64,000 nt of DNA from positions 15,624,001 to 15,688,000 of the forward strand of contig NC_043025.1 in the NCBI RefSeq assembly GCF_006345805.1, given 5' to 3'. Origin of the DNA: Octopus sinensis. Taxonomy: Eukaryota. Under the pieces are notes generated by a model. That model was given only the letters and a program-made list of their open reading frames with translations. It was not told the origin of the DNA and did not search any database. Made by a program: the position numbers and the translations under genes. Below are positions 1 to 13,718 of this stretch, one piece after another (position 1 is the first letter of the stretch; each line of letters opens with the position of its first letter).

Positions 1-687
<687 letters not shown>

Positions 688-2246
688 GCCGTAATCCTAT
701 CTCTTCCCATCTCTTCCCATCTCTCAGCCATTGGCGGTCTTTCTTTTTTTTCCTCCTCTCACCATTACGATTCTATAATTTAAATTCCCAATTCAATTTC
801 AACTCCCGTTCGATGTCCGCAGCAAGTTCTTAAAAATTTATCTTACTATTTTTATTCGTTGTAACTACGTTTCTTCATACATTGTTACGAAAATTTAACC
901 TTTTTAGGCTTACTTTCAAGCCTTCGCCATAACTTGATTTATCTTTCTACCTCTTCTCTACAAAATTTAACTTAGGCCAGGCTACCTCAAGCCGTAATCC
1001 TATCTCTCCCATCTCTTCCCATCTCTCAGCCATTGGCGGTCTCTCTTTTTTTCCTCCTTCACCATTACGATTCTATAATTTAATTCCCAATTCAATTTCA
1101 ACTCCCGTTCGATGTCCGCAGCAAGTTCTTAAAAATTTATCTTACTATTTTTATTCGTTGTTACTACGTTTCTTCATACATTGTTACGAAAATTTAACCT
1201 TTTTAGGCTACTTTCAAGCCTTCGCCATAACTTGATTTATCTTCTTCCTCTCTCTCTACAAAAATTTAACCTTAGGCCAGGCTACCTCAAGCCGTAATCC
1301 TATCTCTTCCCATCTCTTCCCATCTCTCAGCCATTGGCGGTTCTTCTTTTTTTCCTCCTCTCACCATTACGATTCTATAATTTAAATTCCCAATTCAATT
1401 TCAACTCCCGTTCGATGTCCGCAGCAAGTTCTTAAAAATTTATCTACTTATTTTTATTCGTTGTACTACGTTTCTTCATACATTGTTACGAAAATTTAAC
1501 CTTTTTAGGCTACTTTCAAGCCTTCGCCATAACTTGATTTATCTTTCTACCTCTCTCTCTACAAAATTTAACCTTAGGCCAGGCTACCTCAAGCCGTAAT
1601 CCTATCTCTTCCCATCTCTTCCCATCTCTCAGCCATTGGCGGTCTTTCTTTTTTTTTCCTCCTCTCACCATTACGATTCTATAATTTAAATTCCCAATTC
1701 AATTTCAACTCCCGTTCGATGTCCGCAGCAAGTTCTTAAAAATTTATCTTACTATTTTTATTCGTTGTTACTACGTTTCTTCATACATTGTTACGAAAAT
1801 TTAACCTTTTTAGGCTACTTTCAAGCCTTCGCCATAACTTGATTTATCTTTCTACCTCTCTCTCTACAAAATTTAACCTTAGGCCAGGCTACCTCAAGCC
1901 GTAATCCTATCTCTTCCCATCTCTTCCCATCTCTCAGCCATTGGCGGTCTTTCTTTTTTTCCTCCTCTCACCATTACGATTCTATAATTTAAATTCCCAA
2001 TTCAATTTCAACTCCCGTTCGATGTCCGCAGCAAGTCTTAAAAAATTTATCTTACTATTTTTTCGTTGTACTACGTTTCTTCATACATTGTTACGAAAAT
2101 TTAACCTTTTTAGGCTACTTCAAGCCTTCGCCCATTGATTGATTATCTTTCTACCTCTCTCTCTACAAAATTTAACCTTAGGCCAGGCTACCTCAAGCCG
2201 TAATCCTATCTCTTCCCATCTCTTCCCATCTCTAGCCATTGGCGGT
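688..2246. repeat. Tandem array of a ~302-bp unit, 5 full copies plus a partial
   Basis: GCCGTAATCCTATCTC recurs at 688, 991, 1291, 1593, 1898 and 2197; copies differ mainly by single-base indels. Confidence 0.95.
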
Positions 2247-2581
2247 GCGCCCGCCCCCCCCCCCCACCACCAATACCGATGAACACTGTTCTCACCCCCA
2301 CACCAATACCGGTGTGAACACTGTTCCTCACCCCCACCACCAATACCAGTATACCCTGTCCTCACCATCTACACCGGATAACGCCTTACTCATCTACACC
2401 GGGTACGCCCTACTCCCTCCTCCTCCCCCACTACCCCCTTCTCCTCATATGCTTTCACTGTGAAAAGACAAGCTGCTAGCGCCATAGCTCATCAACTGCC
2501 ACCGATCTTATGCTTCCTCCTGACACTGCCTCATTCCGACTATCCCCTTTAGCACCCTCCCGCCTCGTAATATCCTACGTT

Positions 2582-2942
2582 TTTATTTCTTAGGAACCTA
2601 CACCAACCCTTCCTGCCATCGTTCCTCCTTACCCCAACCTTCCCCACTGGTTGCTCCCCTATATTACCGACCCTCAACTGGACCCCCCCTCTCCCCAACT
2701 CAACTCTAGAATATCTGTATTCTTTCCTCTACCTAATAACGTTACTCAGTGACGATAACGAATGTCTTTATTTCTTAGGAACCTACACCAACCCTTCCTA
2801 CCATCGTTCCTCCTTACCCCAACCTTCCCCACTGGTTGCCCTCCTATATTACCCGCCTCAACTGGACCTCCCCCTCCCCAACTCAACTCTAGAATATCTG
2901 TATTTCTTTCCTCTACCTAATTACGTTACTCAGTGACGATAA
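2582..2942. repeat. Direct tandem duplication of ~185 bp
   Basis: TTTATTTCTTAGGAACCTACACC...GTTACTCAGTGACGATAA at 2582-2758 and 2767-2942. Confidence 0.9.
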
Positions 2943-3106
2943 ATGCTGTGACTACAAAGACCCGGGCTGCTTTCTGCAGCAATTCCACATACCCCCTACT
3001 CATTCTAAGTACCCCGGATCCCCAAAGTACCCCGGACCTCGTTGCCCATGTGCCGCTGACACGTTTAAATGCTCGAACCGATCGTGACGATGCCGGACCC
3101 TCCGGC

Positions 3107-3308
3107 CCCTGTGCAGGTGGCACGTAAAAAAGCACCCAATCCACTCACGGAGTGGTTGGCGTTAGGAAGGGCATCCAGCCGTAGAAACTCTGCCAGATTC
3201 AGACTGGAGCCTGGTGCGCCCCTGGCTTCCCAGACCCGGTCAAAAACGTCCAACCCGTGCTAGCGCGGAAAGCGGACGTTTAAACGATGATGATGATGAT
3301 GATGATGA
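3107..3308 (+). mobile_element. SINE-like family C (RTE-related motif, (GAT)n tail)
   Basis: GGCACGTAAAAAAGCACC...GGTTGGCGTTAGGAAGGGCATCCAGCCGTAGAAAC...(GAT)n. Other copies at ~8030-8235(+), 22850-23030(+), 23395-23655(-), 33560-33920(-), 34355-34595(+). The RTE relationship is from recall of the AGGAAGGGCATCC motif. Confidence 0.75.
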
Positions 3309-3373
3309 TATACATATATATATACATACATATATACATATATATATACATATATACATATATATACATATAT

Positions 3374-3404
<31 letters not shown>

Positions 3405-4210
3405 CATACATATATATATACATACATATATACATACATATATATATACATACATATATATATACATACATATATATATACATACATATATATATACATA
3501 CATATATTATACATACATATATATATACATACATATATATATACATACATATAATATACAAAATATATATTATAACATACATATATATATATATACATAC
3601 ATATATATTATATATACATACTATATATATATACATACATATATTATATATACATACATATTATATATATATACATACATATATATATATATACATACAT
3701 ATATATATACATACATTATATATATTACATACATATATATATATATACATACATATATATATATATACATACATATATATATACATACATATATATATAC
3801 ATACATATATATATATAATATATATACATACATATATATATACATACATATATAATACATACATAATATATATACATACATATATATATATATAATACAT
3901 CCATATATATATACATACATATATATATATATATATACATACATATATATATACATACATATATATATACATACATATATATATATATACATCATATATA
4001 TATACATACATATATATATACATACATACATATATATATACATACAATTATATACATACATATATATATATATATAACATACATATATATATACATACAT
4101 ATATATATATACATACATATATATATATACATACATATATATATACATACATAATATATATATATACATACAATATATATATACATACATAATATATACA
4201 TACATATATA

Positions 4211-4250
<40 letters not shown>

Positions 4251-4426
4251 CATACATATATATATACATACATATATATATACATACATACATATATATA
4301 TACATACATACATTATATATATATACATACATACATATATATATACATACATACATATATATATACATACATATATATATACATACATACATATATATAT
4401 ACATACATACATATATATATACATAC

Positions 4427-4459
<33 letters not shown>

Positions 4460-4518
4460 CATACATATATATACATATATACATACATATATATACATAT
4501 ATACATACATATATATAC

Positions 4519-4550
<32 letters not shown>

Positions 4551-4570
4551 TACATACAATATATATATAC

Positions 4571-4603
<33 letters not shown>

Positions 4604-5204
4604 CATATATATATACATACATATATATATATACATACATATACATATATATATATACATCTATATATATACATACATATATAATATACATACATATATA
4701 TATATACATACATATATATTATTATATACAATACATTATATATATACATACATATATATATACATACATATATATATACATACATATATATATACATACA
4801 TATATATATATACATACATATATACATACATATATATATACATACATATATACATACATATATATATATATACATACATATATATATATACATACATATA
4901 TATATATACATACATATATACATACATACATATATACATACATACATATATATATATACATACATATTATATATATACATACATATATATATATACATAC
5001 ATATATATATATACATACATATATATATATACATACTTATATATATATACATACATATATATTATTACATACATATATATATATACATACATATATAGTA
5101 TATACATACATATATATAGATAATATATACATATACATATATACATATACATATATATACATACATATATATATACATACATATATACACATACATATAT
5201 ATAT

Positions 5205-5235
<31 letters not shown>
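3309..5235. repeat. ~1.9-kb compound (TA)n/(CATA)n microsatellite ending in (CA)n
   Basis: Pure low-complexity tract extending from the tail of the family C element. Confidence 0.97.
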
Positions 5236-5714
5236 ATCTGCTGTCAATACACACTGCAGTAAGTTGTTTCCCTGACCCCACACACACATTATTGGTTGGC
5301 AAGAAATAAACTGAAATTGTAGTCTGTCCATTTTCTTTCTTTCTTTTCTCTCTCTCTCACACACACACAATCAATACATATTCATCCACATACAAATACA
5401 CACACACATGTATACACGATACAAACACCAACACACAATATGACACCATACACACACACAAACACAAGAAAAAAGACAGCTACCACACATTCACCAACAC
5501 ACACACACACCATATTCACTAATATACAGAGAACACAAAAGATACCACACACACACACAAAACACTGAATCGGTTGGCAATAAGTCATACCAATGCTTTC
5601 AGTCACACACACCCACACACCCACACAACACAAAAGAAATAATGTTACTACTATTACTACAACTATTAATAATAATAATAATATTGATGATGATGATAAT
5701 AATAATAATACTCT

Positions 5715-6070
5715 TTACTCTTTTACTTGTCTCAGTCATTTGACTGCGACCATGCTGGAGCACTGCCTTTAGTCGAGCAAATCAACCCCAGGACTTATTC
5801 TTTGCAAGCCTAGTACATATTATATGGCCTCTTTTTGCCGAACCGCTAAGTGACGGGAACGTATACACACCAGCATCAGTTGTCAAGCGATATTGGGTGG
5901 ACAAACACAGACACACAAACACAGACACACACATAAATATATATATACGACGGGCTTCTTTCAGTTTCCGTCTACCAAATCCACTCACAAGGCTTTGGTC
6001 GGCCCGAGGCTATAGCAGAAGACACTTGCCCAAGGTGCCACGAAGTGTGACTGAACCTGGAACCATGTTG
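5715..6070 (-). mobile_element. SINE family A (tRNA head, CORE-like; OR2-like by recall), 5'-truncated
   Basis: Reverse complement of the family A body and tail seen complete at 18751 and 38335. Confidence 0.85.
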
Positions 6071-6109
6071 ATGATGGTAATGATAATAATAATAATAATA
6101 ATGGTTTCA

Positions 6110-7035
6110 AATTTTGCCATAAGGGCAACAATTTTGCAGGGAGGGAACGAGTCAATTACATCGACCCCAGTGTCTCACTGGTACTTATTTTATCAACCCT
6201 GAAAAGATGAAAGGCTAAGTCAACCTTGGCGGAATTTGAACTCAGAACGTAAGCGTCTCACCCAGTGTGCTAACAATTCTTCCAACTTACTGTGTAATAA
6301 TAATAATCCTTTCTACTATAGGCACAAGGCCTGACATTTTGGGGGTGGTGGTTAGTCAATGACATCGACCCCCACCCCTCCCCAGTGAACAACTGGTACA
6401 TATTATCAGTGACCCTGGAGGGGCCAAAGGCAAAGTCAACCTCGGTGGCATTTGAACCGAGAACCTAAGGACTGACAAAATGCTGCTAAACAATTTGCCC
6501 AACGTGCTAACAATTCTGCCAGCTCACCTTCTTAATAATAATAATAATTTTTTTTATTTCTTTATTGCCCACAGGGGGCTATACACAGAGGGGACAAACA
6601 AGGACAGACAAAGGGCTTAAGTCAGTTACATCGACTCCAGTGTGTAACTGGTACTTAATTTATCGACCCTGAAAGGATGAAAGGCAAAGTCGACTTCAGC
6701 AGAAATTTGAACTCAGAATGTAACGTCAGCCGAAATACCGCTAAGCATTTTGCCCGACATGCTAACGATTCTGCCAGCTCACCACAATAATAAAAATAAT
6801 AATAATAACAATAATAATAATAATAATATTAAATTTTGACACAAGGCCAGCAATTTTGGGGGAGGACATAAATGGATTGCATTGGCCCCGGTATTCAACT
6901 GGTACTTAATTTATCGACCCTAAAAGGATGAAAGATAAAGTCGACCTCAGTGGAATTTGAACTCAGAACAAAGACAGACAAAATGCCGCAAAGCATTTTG
7001 CCCAGCATGCTAACAACTCTGCCATCTCACTGCCT
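6110..7035 (-). mobile_element. Cluster of four SINE family B copies (Nin/Deu-domain-like)
   Basis: Four repeats of ACTGGTACTT..TTTATCGACCC..AAAGGATGAAAGGCAAAGTCGACCTC..GGAATTTGAACTCAGAAC at ~6110-6295, 6305-6530, 6560-6785 and 6830-7035. Confidence 0.85.
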
Positions 7036-7279
7036 GAATAACGAGAACAACAGATTAACTTGAGACACAAGGTCAAGGTCAACCCCGCACCAAAGAATAT
7101 GAGAAGCAAACAAAAAAAACCAACAAATAGCAAAATAAAATGTTAAAAATATAACCTCCTCTCTTTCCTCTTTTTCACCATTGTAGGCCAATGAGAAAGC
7201 CTCTATATGATTGATTGATGTGCTAGAAATAGCAGTTACATTACAGGCTATTGTGATAAAAATAGGAAGGATTGGTTGG

Positions 7280-7830
7280 ATAATGTAGTCAATGGGATGG
7301 CCACAGCTGGAACATATTTAATCAAAGGTTTGTTGGATCAGAACTGACATGGAAGTTAAACATGACACCAGCAACATGTAGTCCTAGATGCACTGTGCCT
7401 GAACAAGAGATGGGATGGTCACAGCTGGAACATCTTTGATCATAGGTTTGCTGGATCAGGACTGACCTGGGGCTAAACAACAATGACAAAGAAGGACACA
7501 TTAAATAATGTAGTCCTAGATACACTATGCCAGAATAAAAGACAGGATGGTCACCACTGGAACATCTTTGATCATAGGTTTGCTGGATCAGGACTGACCT
7601 GGGGCTAAACAACAATGACAAAGAAGGACACATTAAATAATGTAGTCCTAGATACACTATGCCAGAATGAAAGACAGGATGGTCACCACTGGAATATCTT
7701 TGATCATAGGTCTGCTGGATCAGGACTGACCTGGGGCTAAACAATAACAGGGAAGGCCGCATTAGATAATGTAGTCCTAGGTATGCTACAAATGTAAGAC
7801 AGGAGAGTCACAGCTGGAACGTCTGATCTA
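7280..7830. repeat. Tandem array of a ~132-bp unit (~4 copies) from a dispersed repeat
   Basis: ATGTAGTCCTAG at 7376, 7508, 7640 and 7769. The same unit occurs at 41870-42110 (2 copies) and inverted at 45060-45185. Confidence 0.9.
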
Positions 7831-9251
7831 ACTGGCCTCAACAACAACGGAATCTCTCTGGTTGTTCAACCTGCTAGAAATAGCAGCAATACCATTAAAA
7901 CAAAGGACAAACGAGGCACTAGAGTCCTCCCACTTCTCTAATACTTTAAGCCCTTGTCCCCCAGCAGAAAGCTGACCATCACCCCTAACTCCTTCTGGGT
8001 TTGTGGTCCTGCAACCTGCATGGCAACACCAACAGTGCTGGTGCCATGAAAAAAGCACCCAGAATACACTGTGGTGGTTGGCATTAGGAAGGGCATCCAG
8101 CCATAGAGACCCTACTAAGGGAGACATTGAGGGCACCATGCAATGCAGTCCTTGGTGCCAGGGGACCCTGGGAAACCGCCTGACTCATGGCAGCATGGAA
8201 CACAGACTGCAAATGATGATGATGATGATGATGATGAATCAGGATAATAAATTGTCTGTCTGTCTGTCCAGTTGTGGAGGAATGTGGCAGAGGTGGAGGA
8301 GGTGACGTGGCTGACTTATGGCTCGACAGCAGCAACAGCCGTACTTGAATTACAATGAATGCAAATATTTGTTTTGCGTCGAATATAATCCAGATTAAGC
8401 TGTTACTCTGCCATGATGTTATGAAAATTCAATAGGCAGACGGACACACGGACACACAGACAGACAGGGCAACCGAGACGTTCACATTTGTCACTTCCAC
8501 CTCTCCTCACCCCGCGTCTTTTACAATGAATAAAACAAAATATAGTTTTTGTGAAATTCCTCTCTGGGGAAAATGCATTTCAGGGGAGTTTAATCAGGGT
8601 GGGTGCATGGGGGGATTACAAGGGAGGGGTTTGGACTGTGAGAGAGGGGGGACTTGGGTCGTGATTGCAAGGATACTTGGGACAAGAATGGACTTGGAAG
8701 GTAATAAAAGGGGGCTAACATAAGGAGGGACAACTTGGATTGTGGGAAAAAGGGAGCACTTGGCAGTGAGGGACTTAGATTGCAAGTGGTGGTGATCATG
8801 GGGGGATACTTCAATCGTGGATGAAGTATGATCACAGAAGAGGAAACAAAAAAAAAAAAGAACTTAGATCACTGGAGAAAGGGGACTTTGATCCCAAGAT
8901 AGGGAAACTTAAATAGAAAAGGGGAAAACTTTGATAGTGGGACTAGTAAAATTCATTTCTATCCTCCTTTGTTTCAATGTCGGGGCTGCTGTTTGCTTCA
9001 TCTCTGGAGTTGTGTGCAGAGAGGTAGACTTTATCCCTGAAAGGGTTTAACACCAACATCAGGCCCTTGGGTCCCTTTTGTTGTTACAATCATTCAGGCT
9101 AGGTCAAGGGTTTGAGGATAACATCCTCTCTTTCTTCCACCAGTCATGAAAGCCTTAAAAAAACCAAAAGGCTCACAGGTACTGATCTTTCCCCCACTAA
9201 ATGGTAAAATAGAGAAACAAAATATCACAGGTATTTTGATGTTATTTCCTG

Positions 9252-9665
9252 GGATCTGTTCGGTTTGACCGGCAGTTTTAAAAAATAATTTCCACATAAC
9301 TAAACACTTTTAAACTTCGTATACTGGTAGAATGTGTTTATAAAACATATTTTACTCTTGGCTTTATTGAGAAAATTCTATAGTTTGTAAGATATTTGTT
9401 GTTGTTTTTTTCTTCAGTTTCTGCAATTTCAACCAATCAATGACGTCTATTGGGTTAAAAAGCATTCTGTGCCATATGAATATGTCCCTCGTTTAAGAAA
9501 CAGATTGGGTTTATTTACATTTGTGAAGAAAAAAAGATACCCTTCCCCCTAACCCTAACCCTAAAACAAATTGAAATGCAATAGATCGCTACTAGGGTCA
9601 TAATTATGGGTGACAATTTCATATGACACCGCTAGAAAAAACTGCCGCTCAAACTGAAAAGATCC
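9252..9665. mobile_element. MITE with ~30-bp TIRs and 8-bp TSD (Merlin-like by inference)
   Basis: Left end GGATCTGTTCGGTTTGACCGGCAGTTTT matches the reverse complement of the right end AAAAAACTGCCGCTCAAACTGAAAAGATCC; TSD ATTTCCTG at 9244-9251 and 9666-9673. Confidence 0.88.
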
Positions 9666-10522
9666 ATTTCCTGTTCTCAGATTAAAAAGCCATACCCTTC
9701 AAAATGATAATTGTACAACACATGTCACTAGCTAGGGTACCCATTACCAGGATAGAGAGCACCCATTACTAAATGTCCTGTGAGAAACAAAAACAAGACA
9801 CCCCAAAAATATTTCTACTGCAGCTTTGACATAACAGGGCCTTGACTGACTTTTCAGAAACAAGGTTACTCAAAGTCGGTAAGGGGCTGACTATCAAGCT
9901 TTCCCTTCTTTGAATTGCTTTACTGGATACCCAAACACAAACCTGGGTACCTCTATACCTTCATGCAAAATACAGGGGTTTCCACATCTCCTAAACACAC
10001 ACCCCTCCATAGATTATCCTTAATTTCAACCAAAAGGTTCAAAATAGACATAAAAAAAAAATAACTTAGGGGCCACCACATAGTTATAGTGTGCAGCGGG
10101 CCCCTAGATATTCTTTTATTTGCTTCAGTCATTTGACTGTGGCCATGCTGGAGTCGAATAGATCAACCCCAGGAATTATTCTTTGTAAGCCTAGTACTTA
10201 TTCTATCAGTCACTTTAGCTGAACTGCGAAGTTATGGGGACATAAACATATCAAATTCTTTATTATTCTCCAAATTAATTGAAACAAAGGTTTTGTATAT
10301 CAATAGAAATAACCTTTTCATAGGATTTAGTTTCCGGATCTTTCCATCATGTTTCTATTAACCCTTTTGATACCAGACAAGCATGGGACCACACCTGCCT
10401 GGTTTTATGATAAAAACATTTTATTTTAAAGTGATCTAAATTAAATTAACAGGATATTTGCATGGAAGATTTTGTTTCAAACGCCACCTGTATAATGACA
10501 AAGATATTTTTACCAAATTCAG

Positions 10523-10926
10523 CAGGTGCAGGAGTGGATGTGTGGTAAGAAGCTTGCTTACCAACCACATAGTTCCGGGTTCAGTCCCACTGCGTGGCAC
10601 CTTGGGCAAATGTCTTCTACTATAGCCTCGGGCCGACCAAAGCCTTATGAGTGGATTTGGTTGACGGAAACTGAAAGAAGCCCATCGTATATATATATAT
10701 ATATATATATGCGTATGTATATGTTTGTGTGTCTGTGTTTGTCCCCCACAACATTGCTTGACAACCGATGCTGGTGTGTTTATATCCCCATAACTTAGCG
10801 GTTCAGCAAGAGAAACTGTTAGAATAAGTACTAGGCTTGCAAAGAATAAGTCCTGGGGTCGATTTGCTCGACTAAAAGCGGTGCTCCAGCATGGCCGCAG
10901 TCAAATGACTGAAACTAATAAAAGAA
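10523..10926 (+). mobile_element. SINE family A, full length
   Basis: A-box-like TGGATGTGTGG, B-box-like GGTTCAGTCCC, CORE-like CCTTGGGCAA, tail GCAGTCAAATGACTGAAAC. Confidence 0.88.
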
Positions 10927-11118
10927 TATTCTCAAAATTAGCCTGGTATTTAGTCAATCAGCTTCTTTTGCTAAACTAAGTTGCAGGGATGCAAACAAAC
11001 CAACACTGGTTGTAAAGCAGTGGTGAGGGATAGACACAAACACACACAGACAACGGGCTTCTTTCAGTTTCCATCTACCAGATCCACTCACAAGGCTTTA
11101 GTCAGCCTGGAGCTTTAA

Positions 11119-11411
11119 CCCTTTAGCATTTAAACTGGCCATATCCGGCCAAAAGTATTCTGCCTGTTTTATGTTCAAACTGGCCAGATCTGGTCTCTCA
11201 CACCAACCCTACAACATCGTTTTAAAAATTAACAGCTACCTCATCAAAATCTCATAGCTACAAGATAATGCGTGATTAGTTCAAAACAAAGTGGATAAAA
11301 AAGGATTAATTTTGGCAGAAGATTATCATTATTATTATCATCATTACAAAATTTGAGGCCTTGTGCCTCCAAAAGAGAGGATTTTAGCAGAATAATGCGA
11401 ACACTAAAGGG
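11119..11411. mobile_element. piggyBac-type MITE nested in a family A SINE
   Basis: TTAA|CCCTTTAG...CTAAAGGG|TTAA; the SINE A sequence resumes on both sides (10960-11114 and 11416-11480). Confidence 0.85.
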
Positions 11412-12350
11412 TTAATAGAAGTCACTTGCCCAAGGTGCCATGCGCCAGGGTTGAACCCAGAACCATGTGGTTGGGAATTCATTATTTTCAAAATTAATTG
11501 AAACAGAGGCAGTGTATTGAAATACAGAAATATGGTAAGAATAGGGTTACATGGCAATCTGGAAAATTTCAGAAAGAAATTCACCAAAACATGCACATCA
11601 CAAATATAATCTACAAGAGGAACAGATAAAATGTGCGAGCTTTTCTTGAAGTTCAACAAGTAGCTATTCTATCTAAATTCCAGCCATGAAACTTGGCCTT
11701 TGTTAGAACCCAGAACCATTTCTGAGACCCCTTCGGTCACGACACAGACCATGGGATTGCACCTAGAAAGTAACCCTCCTAGGCACAAGTCCAGGTAAGG
11801 TTGTTTATGGAAGGCCAGCAGTCGCCCATGCATTCCAGCTTCCCCTCTCCATGCCACCAGTGTTATCCAAAGGAAAGGCAAAGGGACCGATACGGCTTGG
11901 CACTTGTGATGTCGCAACTCATTTCTACAGCTGAGTTAACTAGAGCAATATGAAATAAAGTGTCTTGCTCAAGAACACAACACGCAGCCCAGTCCGGGAT
12001 TCGAGTTCACAACCTCGCGATCATAAGCTCCACGCTCTAACCACTGAGCCATGCACCTTCACCAGAACCATTTAAATAAGATAATATACATATACTCATA
12101 TACACAGGTATTTAAATAGTTTACGTTTATATCTAAAGCTATATTCACAATATAACTGTGTGTTTTGAAACACAACGAAAACGAATTACAAATATATCTG
12201 TCTATATATCATCATCATCATTTAAGATCCGCCTTCCATCAAATGCACAGATATATATACATAAATACAGGCACACAAATATATAAATATATACACATTC
12301 ACATACTTTATGCTTACACAGACACATTTAACTACATACATGCAATTATG

Positions 12351-12382
<32 letters not shown>

Positions 12383-12439
12383 TTACACATTTACATACAT
12401 TTTGATATACACACACACACACATATATAGAGAGGTGGG

Positions 12440-12477
<38 letters not shown>

Positions 12478-13357
12478 TATTATACAGCCATTCTTCTAAG
12501 GTGTATTTTACAATTATAATGAACAAAGTGACAGAAATAATCAATAGGTGGCGCCGCTGGCTTATCCGCCTTCACTTCTCATTAGTGACGGTAAAAGCTA
12601 TTTAGTACTATTAACAAATAAATTTTCATCTCCACCACCACCACCGCCTGCCCTCATACAACCACCTCTGCTACCACCACCTAAACTTGTCCTCACACTC
12701 AACCACCATTACTGCTGCCATGACCACCACTGACTAAACCTGCCCTTGACACCACCTTTACCCACCACCAGAAAATAGCCAAATCTCCCTCGAGTCGCAG
12801 CCTACACTCCTAGAAGAGGAAGGACACATTCTTCTTTAGTTCTTTTACCCATTTCAGTCGCTGGCCTCTGGCCATGCTGGAGCACCACCTTGTTAAATTT
12901 ATTTGTTCAAATCGGCACCAGTACTTATTTTTGAAATATGGCTTTTTATCATTCTCTTTTTGCTGAACCACTAAGTTACAGGGGATGTAAACAAACTAAC
13001 AACAGTTGTAAACAGTGAGAGACAAGTGAACATATACACACAAAAGTGGGCTTTAGCTAAGTTTCTATCAACCAAATTAGTCGGCCCTGGGTTGTAGAAG
13101 GCACTCAGCTAAGGGGCTACACAGTAGGATTGAACCTGAAGCAAAGTTGGTTGCTAACCAAACCCCTTAACCACACAGCCATACCTGTCATGGGCATTTA
13201 TTTTTACTACTTAGGAAATGAAGGGCAATATCTGAGCCCCTTATATTTTTGCAGGGCCTCTGATACCAGTGAGGAAGAAAGGAGAAAAACATTTTCAAAT
13301 TAGGGACCAGGCCTGAAGGCCTCTAACTGAGTGAATCCTTTTAAAACTACCTAAAGA

Positions 13358-13671
13358 CCAGCGTGGCTTAGTGGTTAGGGCATTTGTCTCACAATCAAAG
13401 TCGTGAGTTCAATTCCTGGCAACACATTGTGTCCTTGAGCAAGACACTTTATTTCATGTTGCTCCAGTCCACTCAGCTGACAAAAATGAGTTGTACCTGA
13501 ATTTCAAAGGGCCAGCCTTGTCACACTTTGTGTCATGCTGAACATCCCCGAGAACTGCATTAAGGGTACACGTGTCTGTGGAGCGCTCAGCCACTTGCAC
13601 GTGAATTTCATGAGCTAGCCATTCTGTTGATCATATCAGCTGGGACCCTCATCATCGTAACCGACAGAGTG

Positions 13672-13676
<5 letters not shown>
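13358..13676 (+). mobile_element. SINE family E (tRNA head)
   Basis: GCGTGGCTTAGTGGTTAGG...GTGAGTTCAATTCC...GTGTCCTTGAGCAAGACACTTTATTTC. Other copies at ~11870-12062(-), 25170-25335(-), 27005-27360(+), 39953-40275(+), 40558-40870(+). Confidence 0.82.

Positions 13677-13718
<42 letters not shown>

Noticed and set aside
8580-8950. Recurring GGACTT(G/A)GAT motif as a binding-site array
   Set aside because: Irregular spacing and high divergence fit a decayed purine-rich minisatellite; the same applies to the TTTACAA...GTTACCCTAAA repeats at 40900-41670.
9748-9777. Minus-strand 30-nt exon (HLVMGALYP) after a strong acceptor
   Set aside because: Too short to support without transcripts, though compatible with the candidate minus-strand gene.
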